DNA of 64,000 bases from Eledone cirrhosa (lineage: Eukaryota). Each line of letters opens with the position of its first letter. The stretch's first letter is position 1. Under the pieces are notes generated by a model. It had not been told where the DNA came from and did no database searches. It worked only from the letters and a program-made list of their open reading frames with translations. The stretch lies in NCBI GenBank assembly GCA_964016885.1, contig OZ024740.1:164176001-164240000 (forward strand), given 5' to 3'. The position numbers and the translations under genes are program-made. Shown piece by piece: positions 45,770-58,329 of the stretch.

Positions 45770-46313
45770 ATATTGTATATATGTGTGTGTGTCTATATCT
45801 TCCATCGATATTCATCGATGAGAAAACCGATAAACTGGCGCTTTTGAACAGAACATTCCTGTGCACAGACAATTCTTCATTATTCTTGCTGTTTTAAAAC
45901 AGTAACAAGGAATATTATTATATACAAAATACGATAATAAATATTCAAACAGATAAACGAATAAAGAGATATAATGCTACTTCATCCTTCAACTATGCTA
46001 TGACTGAAAATGGGAAGAGAAAAATAAAACCCCGCTAATGAGAGAATAGTTCTGACTTCTCATGTCTGTTGCATCTAGTAATGACTTTACTAAAATTTGA
46101 ACTAGGGACATTTGTTTGTCAATCATAGGCTCCCTGATTAAATTTTAATTTTAATTCTAATTTCGAATGGTATTTGACTAAATATGTTGATGTTGTCGCT
46201 TCTACTGTTAACCTTTGTCACCAAGTTAGCTTTGATTGATAAGGCATTCGACTGTTTTTCGCCTCTGTCCTTGTCTCAGTAGTACTAGCAGTGGTAGAAA
46301 TAGTCATATTATT

Positions 46314-46493
46314 TGGATTGGCAGTATCGGTAGAGGGTCGGACGCCATCCATTGCAGCACAGTTACGTTCCTTTACGAACTGAGTTCAAATCCTGCCGAG
46401 GTTGACTTTGCCTTTCATCCTTACGGGATCGATAAAATAAAGTACCAGTAATACCCTGGGATAATTGCTGGCCTTGTGCCTAAAGTAGAAACA
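46314..46493 (+). mobile_element. SINE, near full length
   Basis: TGGCAGTATCGG A box, GAGTTCAAATCC B box, (ATT)n tail. Confidence 0.9.
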
Positions 46494-46611
46494 ATTATTA
46501 TTATTAATATTACTGGAGACTGACTTGTGAAGACGAGTTATTGTGCTCTCCGACAGGTTTTTTTGTTTTAAGTTGTTTGAAGTATGATTTGTTGAAATAA
46601 TTTTGTTAGAA

Positions 46612-47046
46612 ACTGTTAATAGGGCGCCATACATTGCCCTCTGAAAAGACGATTCTATAATATTTGGGCCTTTGGCCAAAATATTTGAACTTTATTTCCT
46701 AATGTTCACGGCTATGAGCGTTTAAAAAATGAAGTCAACAACTCGCTCTTCATCTTCCAGTCAACTGTCACGTACTCGCATTCTAGTTTAAAGCTCAACA
46801 ATAACATCACCACCTCCATCACCCCCACCCCCACCACTATCATCAGTACCAACACAAACACTATCCCTACCGCCATCAGCACCATCAACAACAGCTACAA
46901 CAATAACAGCAGCAGCAACAATAACAATAAAACTAACATAAACGGTGACGACAAAATTCATACAATAAAATATATGAAAATGAATAGCTCGCCTTACTCA
47001 AATCCAACAACGCCGCCACCTCCATCATGTTCAGATCATCAAAGAA

Positions 47047-47101
<55 letters not shown>

Positions 47102-47930
47102 AACAACAACAACAACAACAACAAAAACAAACAAAACAAACTTAATCAAAAACAGCAACAACACTAATGTCACCTTCGCCAACACCACAACCACCAACTC
47201 GACAACAACAACAAAAATCAATGACACAAATAAATATATGAACAACAACAATAACAACAATGACAGCAGCATCAGCAGCTGCAACAACAGCAGCAACAGT
47301 AGCAACAAAATAAACACTGACCTGTCAACCACGTATACCAACCCGGCGACAAAGCAGGATGTGACCCTTCCCAACACAACACACAGTAGGATCTCTCAAA
47401 ATTAGTTTCCTTCGCAGGACAACGAAAAATACAGAAACAATAACTGTTAACGAAAATGAAATAAGAGGGGCTAAGCAGATGCTAAAGAGAAAGCGTCACA
47501 GAGTCAATCTCACACCTCCATCCAACGTGCTGGAAAACGTGCAACGTTGTACGGTAACATACCGTACATTAGGTGTGAAGTCACGCCGTGTGAAGTGCGC
47601 CACCGACTCCCAAATCCAAAAGGCTTAGGTTTACATACGGGAACACAAATCTCATATCGCCCGAGGCAGGGGATTTGGGACGGTGGACGTATTTTACAAA
47701 ACTCGGAGGAAACCAGACAACACTCTCACACCATTGCAAGTGGAAGACACAAACACAAAAAGCCAGAAAATACTCCCAAACAGACACCAAAACCCACTCC
47801 AGAAAACTCACCCCTCGCCACACCAAACACTGATACATCTGAAACAACATCACCTCCTCCATCAACCCTTTCACAACCAAATGAAAACACACTACGAATA
47901 CTACTACTAAAGTCATCCACTTCTTTGTAG
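46612..47930 (+). mobile_element. Probable LINE 5' region with (CAA)n tract
   Basis: Homology to 17820-17912; downstream Pro/Thr-rich frame ending NTLRILL, reminiscent of an endonuclease start. Confidence 0.4.
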
Positions 47931-48059
47931 TGACATGATAAAACCTTTTCATCTCACACTATCAAACATTAACTGCCTCAGTTCTTCCCCAGGTAGATCT
48001 GTATCTTCCTCAATAACCTACTTTAATGTCTTCCGTGTTTGTTTTTCACATTAGTCGAC

Positions 48060-49125
48060 TCCTATAGTACAAGTTTTGTAGCAGGTTCCTGCCTCTCATG
48101 ATATGACCTGTAAGTTGAAGACGCATAACAAGGATGGTATGGATAATGGGCGGCAGGTTGTCGTAGAGAATGTTGCTTGTAACAGGTCAAGAGGTTTGAT
48201 GTTTTTATCCTTCTTAGTATCCGTATGTAGCAACCACCTGAAGTGATAGGTATTATCATCAACCACGATTCACAGGAATATAGTAAGATTGATTCCACTG
48301 AAGCCTTGAATAACCTAACTTTTGTTTTTGTGGTTATGTTAAATTCCCACACCTTATCTAACAAGTTCACAGCAAGCCATGCTAGTGCTATCCTGTTTAT
48401 ATAATTTGACGAGTAGGTATATAATTTGACGAGTATTTGGAATCATCTACTTTTTCGAGAACAGTATTGCTTGATGATTTGGTGTTTGTTTCTTTATCTG
48501 AGTTGATGGTCATGTATTTGTTTTTGTTGACATTTAGGAAGAGTCCCGTAGCTTGAGTAGAAACATCTAGCTTCTGTAAGCGATCGTCTGCCTTACCCAT
48601 TGAATCTGCACATAGAAAATGTCATCAGTAAAATCCATATCTAGTGGCTGTTGTGACAGATGTCTTGTGCTTCTACGCTTTTGAAGCGTAAAGCCATCAA
48701 AAGCAACATGTAGTGCATAGTCAAGTATAATTATAAATAGATACGGTGTGAAGGAGTCGCCTTGAAGTACGCCTGTGACTACGTGAAAGACGTAATTTTC
48801 TCCTTCTATTGTCAGTACTGTAGTGAGACTGTTTTCGAATATGATCCTGATTCCATTAACAAGTTTGAGAGGAATACCGTAGGCAAGTAGAACGTCAAAC
48901 ATACGTTCACGGCTAATGCTATTCGAAAGTCTAAAAAGGTCAATATGGCTGCATTTTCTTACTTCCTCTATTAGACGTCGGAGAGCCATAATCTATGATG
49001 ATATAAATCTAGATGATATAAATCCATTTTAGTTTGGGTGTAGCATTTTTTTAATATTTCATATTTCTGGTCGAAGCCTGTTTAGGACAACGCGATTATA
49101 AATTTTGGCAGCCACCTGTATCAGA
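48060..49125 (-). mobile_element. Degraded RTE-like LINE RT
   Basis: TGVLQGDSFTPYLF, DFTDDI, KVRLFKASVESILLYSCESW. Confidence 0.85.
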
Positions 49126-50129
49126 CGTATTCCATAATAATTGTATGGTTTCCGAAAATTACCTTTCTTGGGAATAGGTACAATCGCGGTCCTCGTTTTC
49201 CCTTATTACGTTTCTCTATCATGTCTTCAATCTCATTCCACCTATGAGTCAGCGATCGTCTCACACACACGCACACTTGCGCTCCCACACGTACATGCAC
49301 ATACACACAAACACACACACACAGACACATACTCACTCATATCTTTACACGTACACATACGTACAGATATACTAATGTACAGAGAGGTACATCATCAAAC
49401 ATTTTAACATTTGTATTTCTGTTTTGACTATATACAAATAACCATTCAGTGACATGTATTAGAATTTTCGTTTCTTATAAAGCCATTAATTCACTCATTA
49501 CTAGAATAGCCTTTCGTAAATTAGATCGATACCAATTATTGGTCGATACTTTGCATTATCGATACTTAATGGAGTAGAAAAAAAATAAGACCAAAACATA
49601 ACCTCTTCCTAGAAATATGATCTCAGAAAATAAAGAAAGAGGTGAAGTGAAACTAGGCAGAGTTTGAACTCAGAACGTTAAAAGATATAACAAAACACGC
49701 AAACGATTTTACCAATTCATCATATGTTGCCAAAAAGGACACGTCTATATCGTCGCTCGACCTACTTTAAATAGTATGAAGACTCGCTCAAATCTCACAT
49801 TTCTGCCTTGAAAAAAAAAGAAGCGTACATTGGACAATGTAATCCTAAATATATAAAACTTCGAGATGTTGATAGTTGGCATTCCTTTAGTCATATATTT
49901 GCTTACAAATGATAATCCTGACATGCAGATATTCGTTATTCGAACCCTCTTCACAAAACTACTTACGTGGAATCATACTTTATGATTGTGACCGAACGTA
50001 CATATAAAAATGGAAGAAAATGTATTCGTGGTTACAGCAAACACTATAGTAAATTTTGCTCCACATGAAGCATTTTTAATGTAATTTATCTTCATTTGTG
50101 ACCATGACAAATTCTGAATCTGTTGAAAT

Positions 50130-51340
50130 TATTAACAAGGCTGAAATTATCATCATTCAGTGATGGCTATCGATCATGTGAGTGAAGTTACAAAAACAAT
50201 TATGGAAAATGCAGATCTCTTAGTAGCATAAAATTACATTTAAATAAGTGCTCGCAGATAATTGAAAATATAATCAGTTCAGCTCTAGAGACAGATTTGA
50301 AGGAATGTGTTCAAGGAAGGAAATTTGTGTTTCTTAATGATTAATCATTGGATATTACGTTTAAGAAGCACATTTATGTAATGTAAAGGATTTTGTGTAA
50401 AAGAGAAGATAACCTGAACATAAAGCTTCTTTAGGCTTAATTATTGTTTTATCCGCTACAATCAGTCTTCGTTTAACACGTTGTTGAATACGAAAGGTAA
50501 TATGATATGAATTTAGAAAACTGCATCTTTTTTTGCAAGTGATGGTAGGAAGTAAAAATTCAATGCGTATCAGAATAAAGGCGGCATCACCAAGTTGTAT
50601 GCAAAATGTGTATGCAATTCTTTAACTTTGTGTATATAGCATGCTGTCGAAACACTTACACCAAACCTTAAACTAATGATTTGCATAAGAATATAAATTT
50701 ATACGCTAAACATTATATCGTGATTATACATATCAGGCACCTTCACCGTTTCAGAAGGTTTCTAAAACTAGATCATTTGTTAGAGGGAACGTTATGTTTA
50801 ATGTTCTATTAAACTGGCCAGAACTAAAAGGCTACTTTGCAGTTATGGAAAACTCTGATAGAACTGATACCAAATTACAAAGAATATTGAAGGAAATGTT
50901 CTATCGTACAATGGATAATGGGGATTTTGTGTTTGCCTCACTCGACGTAGAATATTTTGAATAAGTGAATGTTTCGGTCCGTTACGATAATCCTTATGAA
51001 CTATGTAAAGATTTAGCTACACCTAAAAAGAACTCTGATGCATAATGGTGTTTGTAAAATTGTTGACTATTAAAACTGTTGAGTATTAAAAAGATAGATT
51101 TTGGAACCAAATTTAAAGAAATTGGTAATCATCTGCTTAGCTTCAAGGAAAATCAGCATGTCAGAAACTTTTCCTGTCAAAAGATGTTAGCTTACTGTTA
51201 AGCTATAGACTGACAGGATTCTAGATTATGTAATGAAAATAATGCATTCAAAACAGTTCATTGTCTAAATCTTTCTATAATAGTGGATAAAATATTGAAT
51301 CTTCTCGCTAAATTGAGCAGCAATATAGGAGTAATGCTGT
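50130..51340 (+). pseudogene. hAT transposase remnant
   Basis: AIDHVSEV..CSQIIENII..ND*SLDITFKK..MVGSKNSM..KCVCNSLTL, with frameshifts. Confidence 0.6.
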
Positions 51341-51586
51341 GGCAGATTGTAGACTAGAAAATGATTTTGAAAATAGTAAAATTAAAAAGAAAAACATTAA
51401 TCTGGCTTGGTATGACTATTATTTATTCTTCTATTTGTTTCAGTCGTAGACTGCGGAATGGTGTGGTGTAGATTTGGTATATCGACATCAATACTTATTT
51501 TATTGATCTCTTTTTGTTGAACCGCTAAGTTATGGGAGATAAACACACACGAATGTAACCACGGACACAAACACATACACAAATAA

Positions 51587-51630
<44 letters not shown>

Positions 51631-51642
51631 CATATATATACA

Positions 51643-53310
51643 TATTGTTATACTTTGGGAGGGTCATGTTGCCAATAAGAAACACAATCACCAGTTGCTT
51701 TCACTTCAATATATTATAAATTTTATATATTTTATAAATATAAATTTTATAAATTTCCGGTTGGTTGGTTGGTTCCACAAACAGATGGTTGTTCATATAT
51801 TGTCAAAGTTCTTTCGTCACACATTCTGTGACCTCTTCAGTGACTGGGATTTTTTCTTTGTTTTGTGCCTCTCCTTTGTTCTGTCCTACGCCATCTTGTT
51901 TTTGTGTGTTGTGTGCTTAGTTTGCGCATGTGTTACATCCGGGTGTATGTGTGTGTTTTTGTTTATTTACATGTTACTAGATAGTTGTTTGTTCTATGTG
52001 TGTGTGTTTTCATTTTGTCCTTAATTATAAGTTGTGATGTTGCTATTCCATTCATGTTTTCTATTTAATTTTGGTTGGAGTTCATTTATGTTTATTGCCC
52101 CTGTGATTTGTCTAAACATTGCGTCTTTTCTGTGTGTAGATTCTATTTTTATCTCTATGTTCTCTAATTTGCCCTTATGTTCTATTTTAGCATGTTGGTG
52201 GAGTATTGATGAGTCTTTTCTATCTTGGAGTTCTCGCCAGTATTCATTTAATCGTTCTCCTATGCTACGAGCTGTCTCACCTATGTACATTATATTCTTA
52301 TTTTTACATTGTCCCTCAGTACATCTTATGCTATATACTATGTTTCTAGTTTTACAGTTAATATGGGGGCTTAGCTTACAGATTATGTATTTCCTATCTA
52401 TACAGGGAGGTCTTTGAAAAGGGTATGTATTACTAATTAGTGATTTTATGGAGGTATCTGGTCTTTCTACTATCTTAATATTTAGTTTAAGTTTATCTAG
52501 GGGGCCTTCTAAATTTGTAAGCTAGTTCACCTCTAGGGGTTGTATTGATGAACATTACACTCTGGTATTTATTGCTATCATACCATGAGTTTATTTTATT
52601 AACCTTATTCCTAGTTCTTACTATTCTATTTCAAAATTTGCTCCTATACAAGGGGCAGGTCCAATTTGTATAATTATTTACCCTTTTTTCCCATTTGGTT
52701 CTGGCTCCTCTATATACTCTAATTTTATCTCTCTGATTGTAGCGCGAGAACTGCATACGGTGGATGAAGTGTTGTATGTGTCTCACTATTTCTTTGGGGT
52801 TGCACATGCGGGACACGTTCCTCATCACCCTTACTAAATCCGCAATCAATCTGTTGATTTTGGTGTGATCCGAAACAGCTGAGTTTCGGTGGATCAGGTA
52901 TTTGGAAGTCATGGGTTTGGCATAATGGGAATAGAGGATTTGTTATTTGTTATTATTTGTTTCTAACCAGACCTCTGTGTCTAGTACATGTAATCGATGG
53001 TTGGGGTGTTTGCTTGGGTAGTCTATAGTAACTTTGATGCCCTGGTGGATGGAGTTAGCTATTTGCTGGATGCTTTCCATGGTGTTTTTCTCTAATTACT
53101 GACTGTTCTCTAGTGGGGGTGTTTTTACTACGATGTTTATATCATCAACGTAGCGGGAGTACATAAACAGGGTTAAGAGATTGTTGTCTTCTAATTGTTT
53201 CTGGTGGGTGTGTTTCTTATTGGCCACATGACCCTCCCAAAATATTACAATATCGGTTTCAACACACGGTTTCAGATAAAGAATCTTGCTAAACAAATTC
53301 AGAAACGATA
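51643..53310 (-). mobile_element. PLE 3' half (RT, GIY-YIG, HHR) with inverted terminal piece
   Basis: YSRYVDD; YAKPMTSKYLIH; YIGETARSIGERLNE..HQHAKIEH..LNRKHEW; inverted repeat 51643-51694 / 53201-53252. Confidence 0.88.
51802..51844 (-). ncRNA. Hammerhead ribozyme in PLE 3' UTR
   Basis: GTCA CTGAAGA G GTCACA-gaatg-TGTGAC GAAA GAAC TT TGAC. Confidence 0.78.
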
Positions 53311-53708
53311 TATGTATATATAAAATATATAGATTTATATATATATAAAATACAGATTTACATATACATAAACTAGAGAGAGCCATATATATATGTGTGT
53401 TTTTGGCAACCATTCACGGTGTGGCTCAATGACGAATTAATTAATTAAATAATCAACATTATTTTGTACCTAATTGTGTATGGTTGGCTATATATCTAAT
53501 CGATTTCTACAGGCTATTAGAAATAGTAGGTAAATCTTGTGGCTGTTGATCGCGGATAAAATAGCTATCAATTATTTATTTATTGTTTCTTCATAGGAGG
53601 TTTTTAAACTTATAGCCTTGTTTAATTGATTATTTGTGTGGTTAATTATACTGATTGGGAGAGGAAATGCACTATATATTTTATCAAATGATTCTATGGA
53701 CTTACTTT

Positions 53709-53770
<62 letters not shown>

Positions 53771-53771
<1 letters not shown>

Positions 53772-53880
53772 TTTCTTCTTCTGGTGAAGGACTAGCGTCC
53801 GAAACGTTAAGAACCCCTTCCTGCTATTTCAAGCGTTAACCTAATATATTCCTTCCATATAATGTACCGATTGTGTTGTT
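53771..53880 (+). mobile_element. Family G copy with HHR-like motif 53776-53813
   Basis: TTCTT CTGGTGA A GGAC-tagc-GTCC GAAACGTT AAGAA. Confidence 0.7.
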
Positions 53881-53968
53881 ATATGTAGTGAACAAATGAA
53901 ACAAACAAAACACCGGAGACAAATTTACACAGTTACATTAGGTTCACATTTGGAGGAAGTGGATGAAG

Positions 53969-54004
53969 TTTCAACGTTTCCGACAGAAGTCCTTCTTCAG
54001 GAAA
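53969..54004 (-). ncRNA. Minimal HHR-like motif
   Basis: TTTC CTGAAGA AGGAC-ttct-GTCG GAAACGTT GAAA. Confidence 0.6.
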
Positions 54005-54984
54005 GTTCAGATAAGGAGAGAACAGATAGACATAAGAATATATATACGACGGTTTTCTGCAGTTTCCGTCAACCAAATCCCCCCCATAAAGCATTGATGA
54101 ACCCAAGGCTATAGTAGAAGATACTTGTTTAAGGTTCTGCAAAGCAAGAATGAACCCAGAACCAATTGAATGCAAAGCAAACTCTTTAATCATTTCACAA
54201 ACATTTCAAAGAATTTGCCATATATACTCTAAACTGTTTGGTAACTCCAGCAAATAATGTTATTGTTGAAAGAATAATTTCAACTATAGACAAAACAAAG
54301 TCAAGGAAGAGAATAGAAATTAATGTTTGAGATGCTATCACTAGAAACCTGGCAGGTTCATTAATAATTCAATCCGCTGCAAAAATCTGCTCATCACTCA
54401 CAGGATGTTGACAGAACTTTATGAGTGCAGTAACAGCGAAATATATCTGAACCCTGCAACATGACAAGAAGAAGAAGAAGAAGAAGAAGAAGAAGAAGAA
54501 GAAGAAGAAGACATTATGATGCCCCTATAAACATTTGAACTATATAAAGGATTGAGGTATGCTGGCTTTGTTGCAGTAGCATATATAAACATTTTTTTTC
54601 ACTTAATTCTCATTTCTGGCATCTGCTACGGTATTGCAATGGTTTATAAGTACTTTTGGCATTTGGCCATTTCGGGCCATGTTTTGTTTTAGTTCAGAAA
54701 CTTCTCTCCCTCTCTCTCGCTATCATATACACATCCACCCTCACCACGACAGTCATTATAGCTATGACGTTTGCTCTCCCTTTCAGTCAGTTTCAGTTCA
54801 CTTGTCCTGCTAGAAACTGCAGCTAAATCCCCGTCAAATTAGACTCTTTGAATTTAAGAAAAAGGCAAGATTTCATTCCAAAATGGAATTCTAAATAAAA
54901 AAAAACTAAGTAAAGATATACTTCTCCCCATGTATTGAGTACTCCCATGATTACTGGTCTCCAGGTTTTAGCACCACAGAATCT

Positions 54985-55042
<58 letters not shown>

Positions 55043-55046
<4 letters not shown>

Positions 55047-57484
55047 GGGATAACAAGTTATCGTTATAGGCAATCCACTTAGAGGTAGTCCAGTTAGAGT
55101 ACTCCCTGTTGTGGATGGTATTAACGTATGGCCTAGTTTGACTCAACAAGACGCTTCCATAGTGATGCAGCGAGTTCACGGTGATTTCTATGTAGGTTAT
55201 ACTTGGAGTAATAATAATTCAAGAAATAAGAGTAACATGGTTATTTGTACAATAAGGGCTCTATTCACAGGGCTGACAATTGTTTCTTTGATCTGGTAGG
55301 TCTAGAGTTCGCTAATCGCTAGATGTTGCGTCAATCGATCTCCAATACTTTGTTTATAACCAGTTAATTCATCAGAGCGAGCGAATGTGAGGATAATATG
55401 CAAGATATGGCTTTTATAGAGGAGTGGTATTAGAGCAGAACAATAATATCAATAACAAAATAACTAGATACTGAATAGTTAAATTAATAACATCAATATA
55501 AGTGAGAAATAGAATATAATGATAAAATGATAAAACTAGCATGGTAACCTAAGTGATATGATACAGATGTATGAAGTTGACATGTGAAAACTCTATAGGT
55601 TACTTTAGATATAGTTTTTGAGGGATGAAGAGATAGCTAATAAAATGTACCCAGAATTAGATTTTGGGAATCTAACCCTTTAAGTGCAATTATGAGAGAT
55701 CTAGATACAAGTGTGTTGTGGGTCTAAAGGCACGCTAACAGTAAACCGGAGATTGATTTATGGTCTGACAGAAGCAAAACTTCAATAGGCATGAATCGCA
55801 ACCCACACATAACAATTTGCAGAACCGCAATGCGAAAGCTGCACAGAATAATACTTCAAACTGCAATTGCCACCTACCAGATAAGTGCCCATTAGCGAAT
55901 AGATGCCTGGATTCTAGCTTAGTGTACATGTGTACTGTAAACTCGGGCAACTCCACCTGGCACTATATTGGATCCACCGCGGGTGTTTTTAAAAAAAGAT
56001 GTTATGTACACAGACATTCAATGAAGAACCGTGCACTGGTGAATTCCACAACGCTCGCCAATAAAATCTGGCAACTTAAGGACAAAAACCTTGATTACAA
56101 TATTAGCTGGTCAAAATTAGCGGCCGCAAAGGCCTATAGCAGCGGTATGTCCCATTGCGGGCTCTGCAACCTTGAATTGCTACATATCTTAAGGTACAAT
56201 AAAATGCTGCTTAACAGCAAAATAGAAAAGTCAATTTTCTGCAGATATAAGATTGTTACTAAATTTACGAGATTTAAACCACCGTGATTCGAACCAGCAT
56301 CCCCAAACTTAATGGAAAATCACTTAGAATTTAACGTATGAAATCCGCATTCTCACACAGCCCACCTCAGAACCATAATCTTTTATAAACACTTCCAGCC
56401 TCCCTACATCTATACCACCAAGATGGGCAGTAATATCTACAAACATCTACCAATTATCATGTCAGCCCATAAATCAATCTAGCCTTTGCTGCTGTTTATT
56501 CTTTCGGACCAAACAATTATATCTACAGATCTCATATTAGCACCCATGATCTCTAACAGATGAACTTAATTCTAAGTACATTATCTTATTACCCTTACAC
56601 TCCTTGAAACTCTTATTTTCTTATTTTCTTCTTATTATTATGATCATCTCAATGTACCCTATCCCCAATTTTATTCATCATGTTCTCTATCTATTTACCA
56701 TGCATATTTTATTGTTGATTTATTGTCTTAATTAGACGCTATTTGTCATCGAAGTTGTGAAATATAAACGCACATGATTCGAACTAGCAATCCCAACATT
56801 TAGAATAAATCACCTAAACCTTAAAATACTGAATCTACAATTTCAATTAATACCACCTAAGAACCATATATCTTTATACACTCACTCTATCAATATAACT
56901 AAGTTAATACAACGAAAATACTTATCTGTCAGACCATAAATCAATCTCCGGTTTACTGTTAGCGTGCCTTTAGACCCACAGCACACTTGTATCTAGATCT
57001 CTCATAATTGCACTTAAAGGGGTAGATTCCAAAAATCTAATTCTGGGTACATTTTATTAGCTATCTCTTCATCCCTCAAAAACTATATCTAAAGTAACCT
57101 ATAGTAGTTTTCACATGTCAACTTCATACATCTGTATCATATCACTTAGGTTACCATGGTAGTTTTATCATTTTATCATTATATTCTATTCCTTACTTAT
57201 ATTGATGTTATTAATTTAACTATTCAGTATCTAGTTATTTTGTTATTGATATTATTGTTCTGGTCTAATACCACTTCTCTATAAAAGCCATGGCTTGTAT
57301 ATTATCCTTGCATTCGCTCGCTCTGATGAATTAACTGGTTATAAACAAAGTATTGGAGATCGATTGACGCAACATCTAGCGATTAGCGAACTCTAGACCT
57401 ACCATATCAAAGAAACAATTGTCAGCACTGAGAATAAAGCCCTTACTGTACAGACAACCATGTTACTCTTATTTCTTGAATTAT
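55043..57484. mobile_element. PLE insertion with ~560-bp inverted pseudo-LTR arms
   Basis: Arms 55214-55772 / 56925-57484; (TA)n outside both ends; diverged internal duplication 56285-56600 vs 56775-57070. Confidence 0.9.
55817..56287 (+). CDS. PLE C-terminal GIY-YIG endonuclease, uninterrupted but 5'-truncated
   Basis: CNCHLPDKCPL..C..LVYMCTV..HYIGSTAGVFKKR..H..CGLCNLEL..LLNSKIE. Confidence 0.8.
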   Translation: MQNRNAKAAQNNTSNCNCHLPDKCPLANRCLDSSLVYMCTVNSGNSTWHYIGSTAGVFKKRCYVHRHSMKNRALVNSTTLANKIWQLKDKNLDYNISWSKLAAAKAYSSGMSHCGLCNLELLHILRYNKMLLNSKIEKSIFCRYKIVTKFTRFKPP

Positions 57485-57530
57485 ATATATATATAATAAT
57501 TATAAAATGTGGAAAGGAGCACACGAGTTG

Positions 57531-57603
<73 letters not shown>

Positions 57604-58112
57604 CAAGGAGAGAAAAAGACGATTATTAGGAAGAAAATATATTTTTTTCCTTTTATTTTTCTCTCCTTTTTTCTGGGTTAGAAAATGTTTAAAACAAAAT
57701 ATTTTACTTTGTGTGAAGTGTTAAGGTATTAGTTAATTTATTTATTAATTAACAATGGCATTTATTTATTTATTTATACATTTAATAATTCTCTATTACG
57801 GTTTCAGCATTTTATGCATTATCAAATGGGGGAATTTGTATTGATGTGATGTTGAACATGTTAAGGAAATGGGGAAGAAAGAATAATATTATTTACAAAC
57901 AAGGTTTTTGAAGTGAAAAGAAAAAAGGAGAAAAAAGAAAAAAAAGGAAAAAAGGGGGTGATGTGGAACATGATAAGGCAATGGGAAAGAAAAAATAATA
58001 TTGTTCACAGCTCATAGTTCTTGAGGATAAGCAGTTCAAAATGTGTTATTATGGCGAGAGCGCTTAGTTAATCCATGATGGAGGCAAATGGTTGTCAGAC
58101 TACCGTTAACCA

Positions 58113-58145
58113 GCGAGGGAAATGGCTTGCTTCGTTTGGGTAAGA

Positions 58146-58187
<42 letters not shown>

Positions 58188-58215
58188 TCTTACCCAAACG
58201 AAGCCATTTCCCTCG

Positions 58216-58216
<1 letters not shown>
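58113..58216. repeat. Inverted duplication centred on (TA)n
   Basis: GCGAGGGAAATGGCTT(GCTT)CGTTTGGGTAAGATGA-(TA)n-TCATCTTACCCAAACGAAGCCATTTCCCTCGC. Confidence 0.9.
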
Positions 58217-58255
<39 letters not shown>

Positions 58256-58329
58256 CACACGCACAGGTGTGTGTATGTGTGTGTATGAATATGACGGAAT
58301 CTTCTTACTGCCAATATATGTGAACGATT

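Noticed and set aside
46974-47405. Thr/Asn-rich mucin-like ORF (also 17234-17860)
   Set aside because: (CAA)n tract inside a dispersed repeat present twice
57321-57350. CTGATGA in the PLE inverted arm
   Set aside because: No GAAA box in either arm; cannot call a ribozyme
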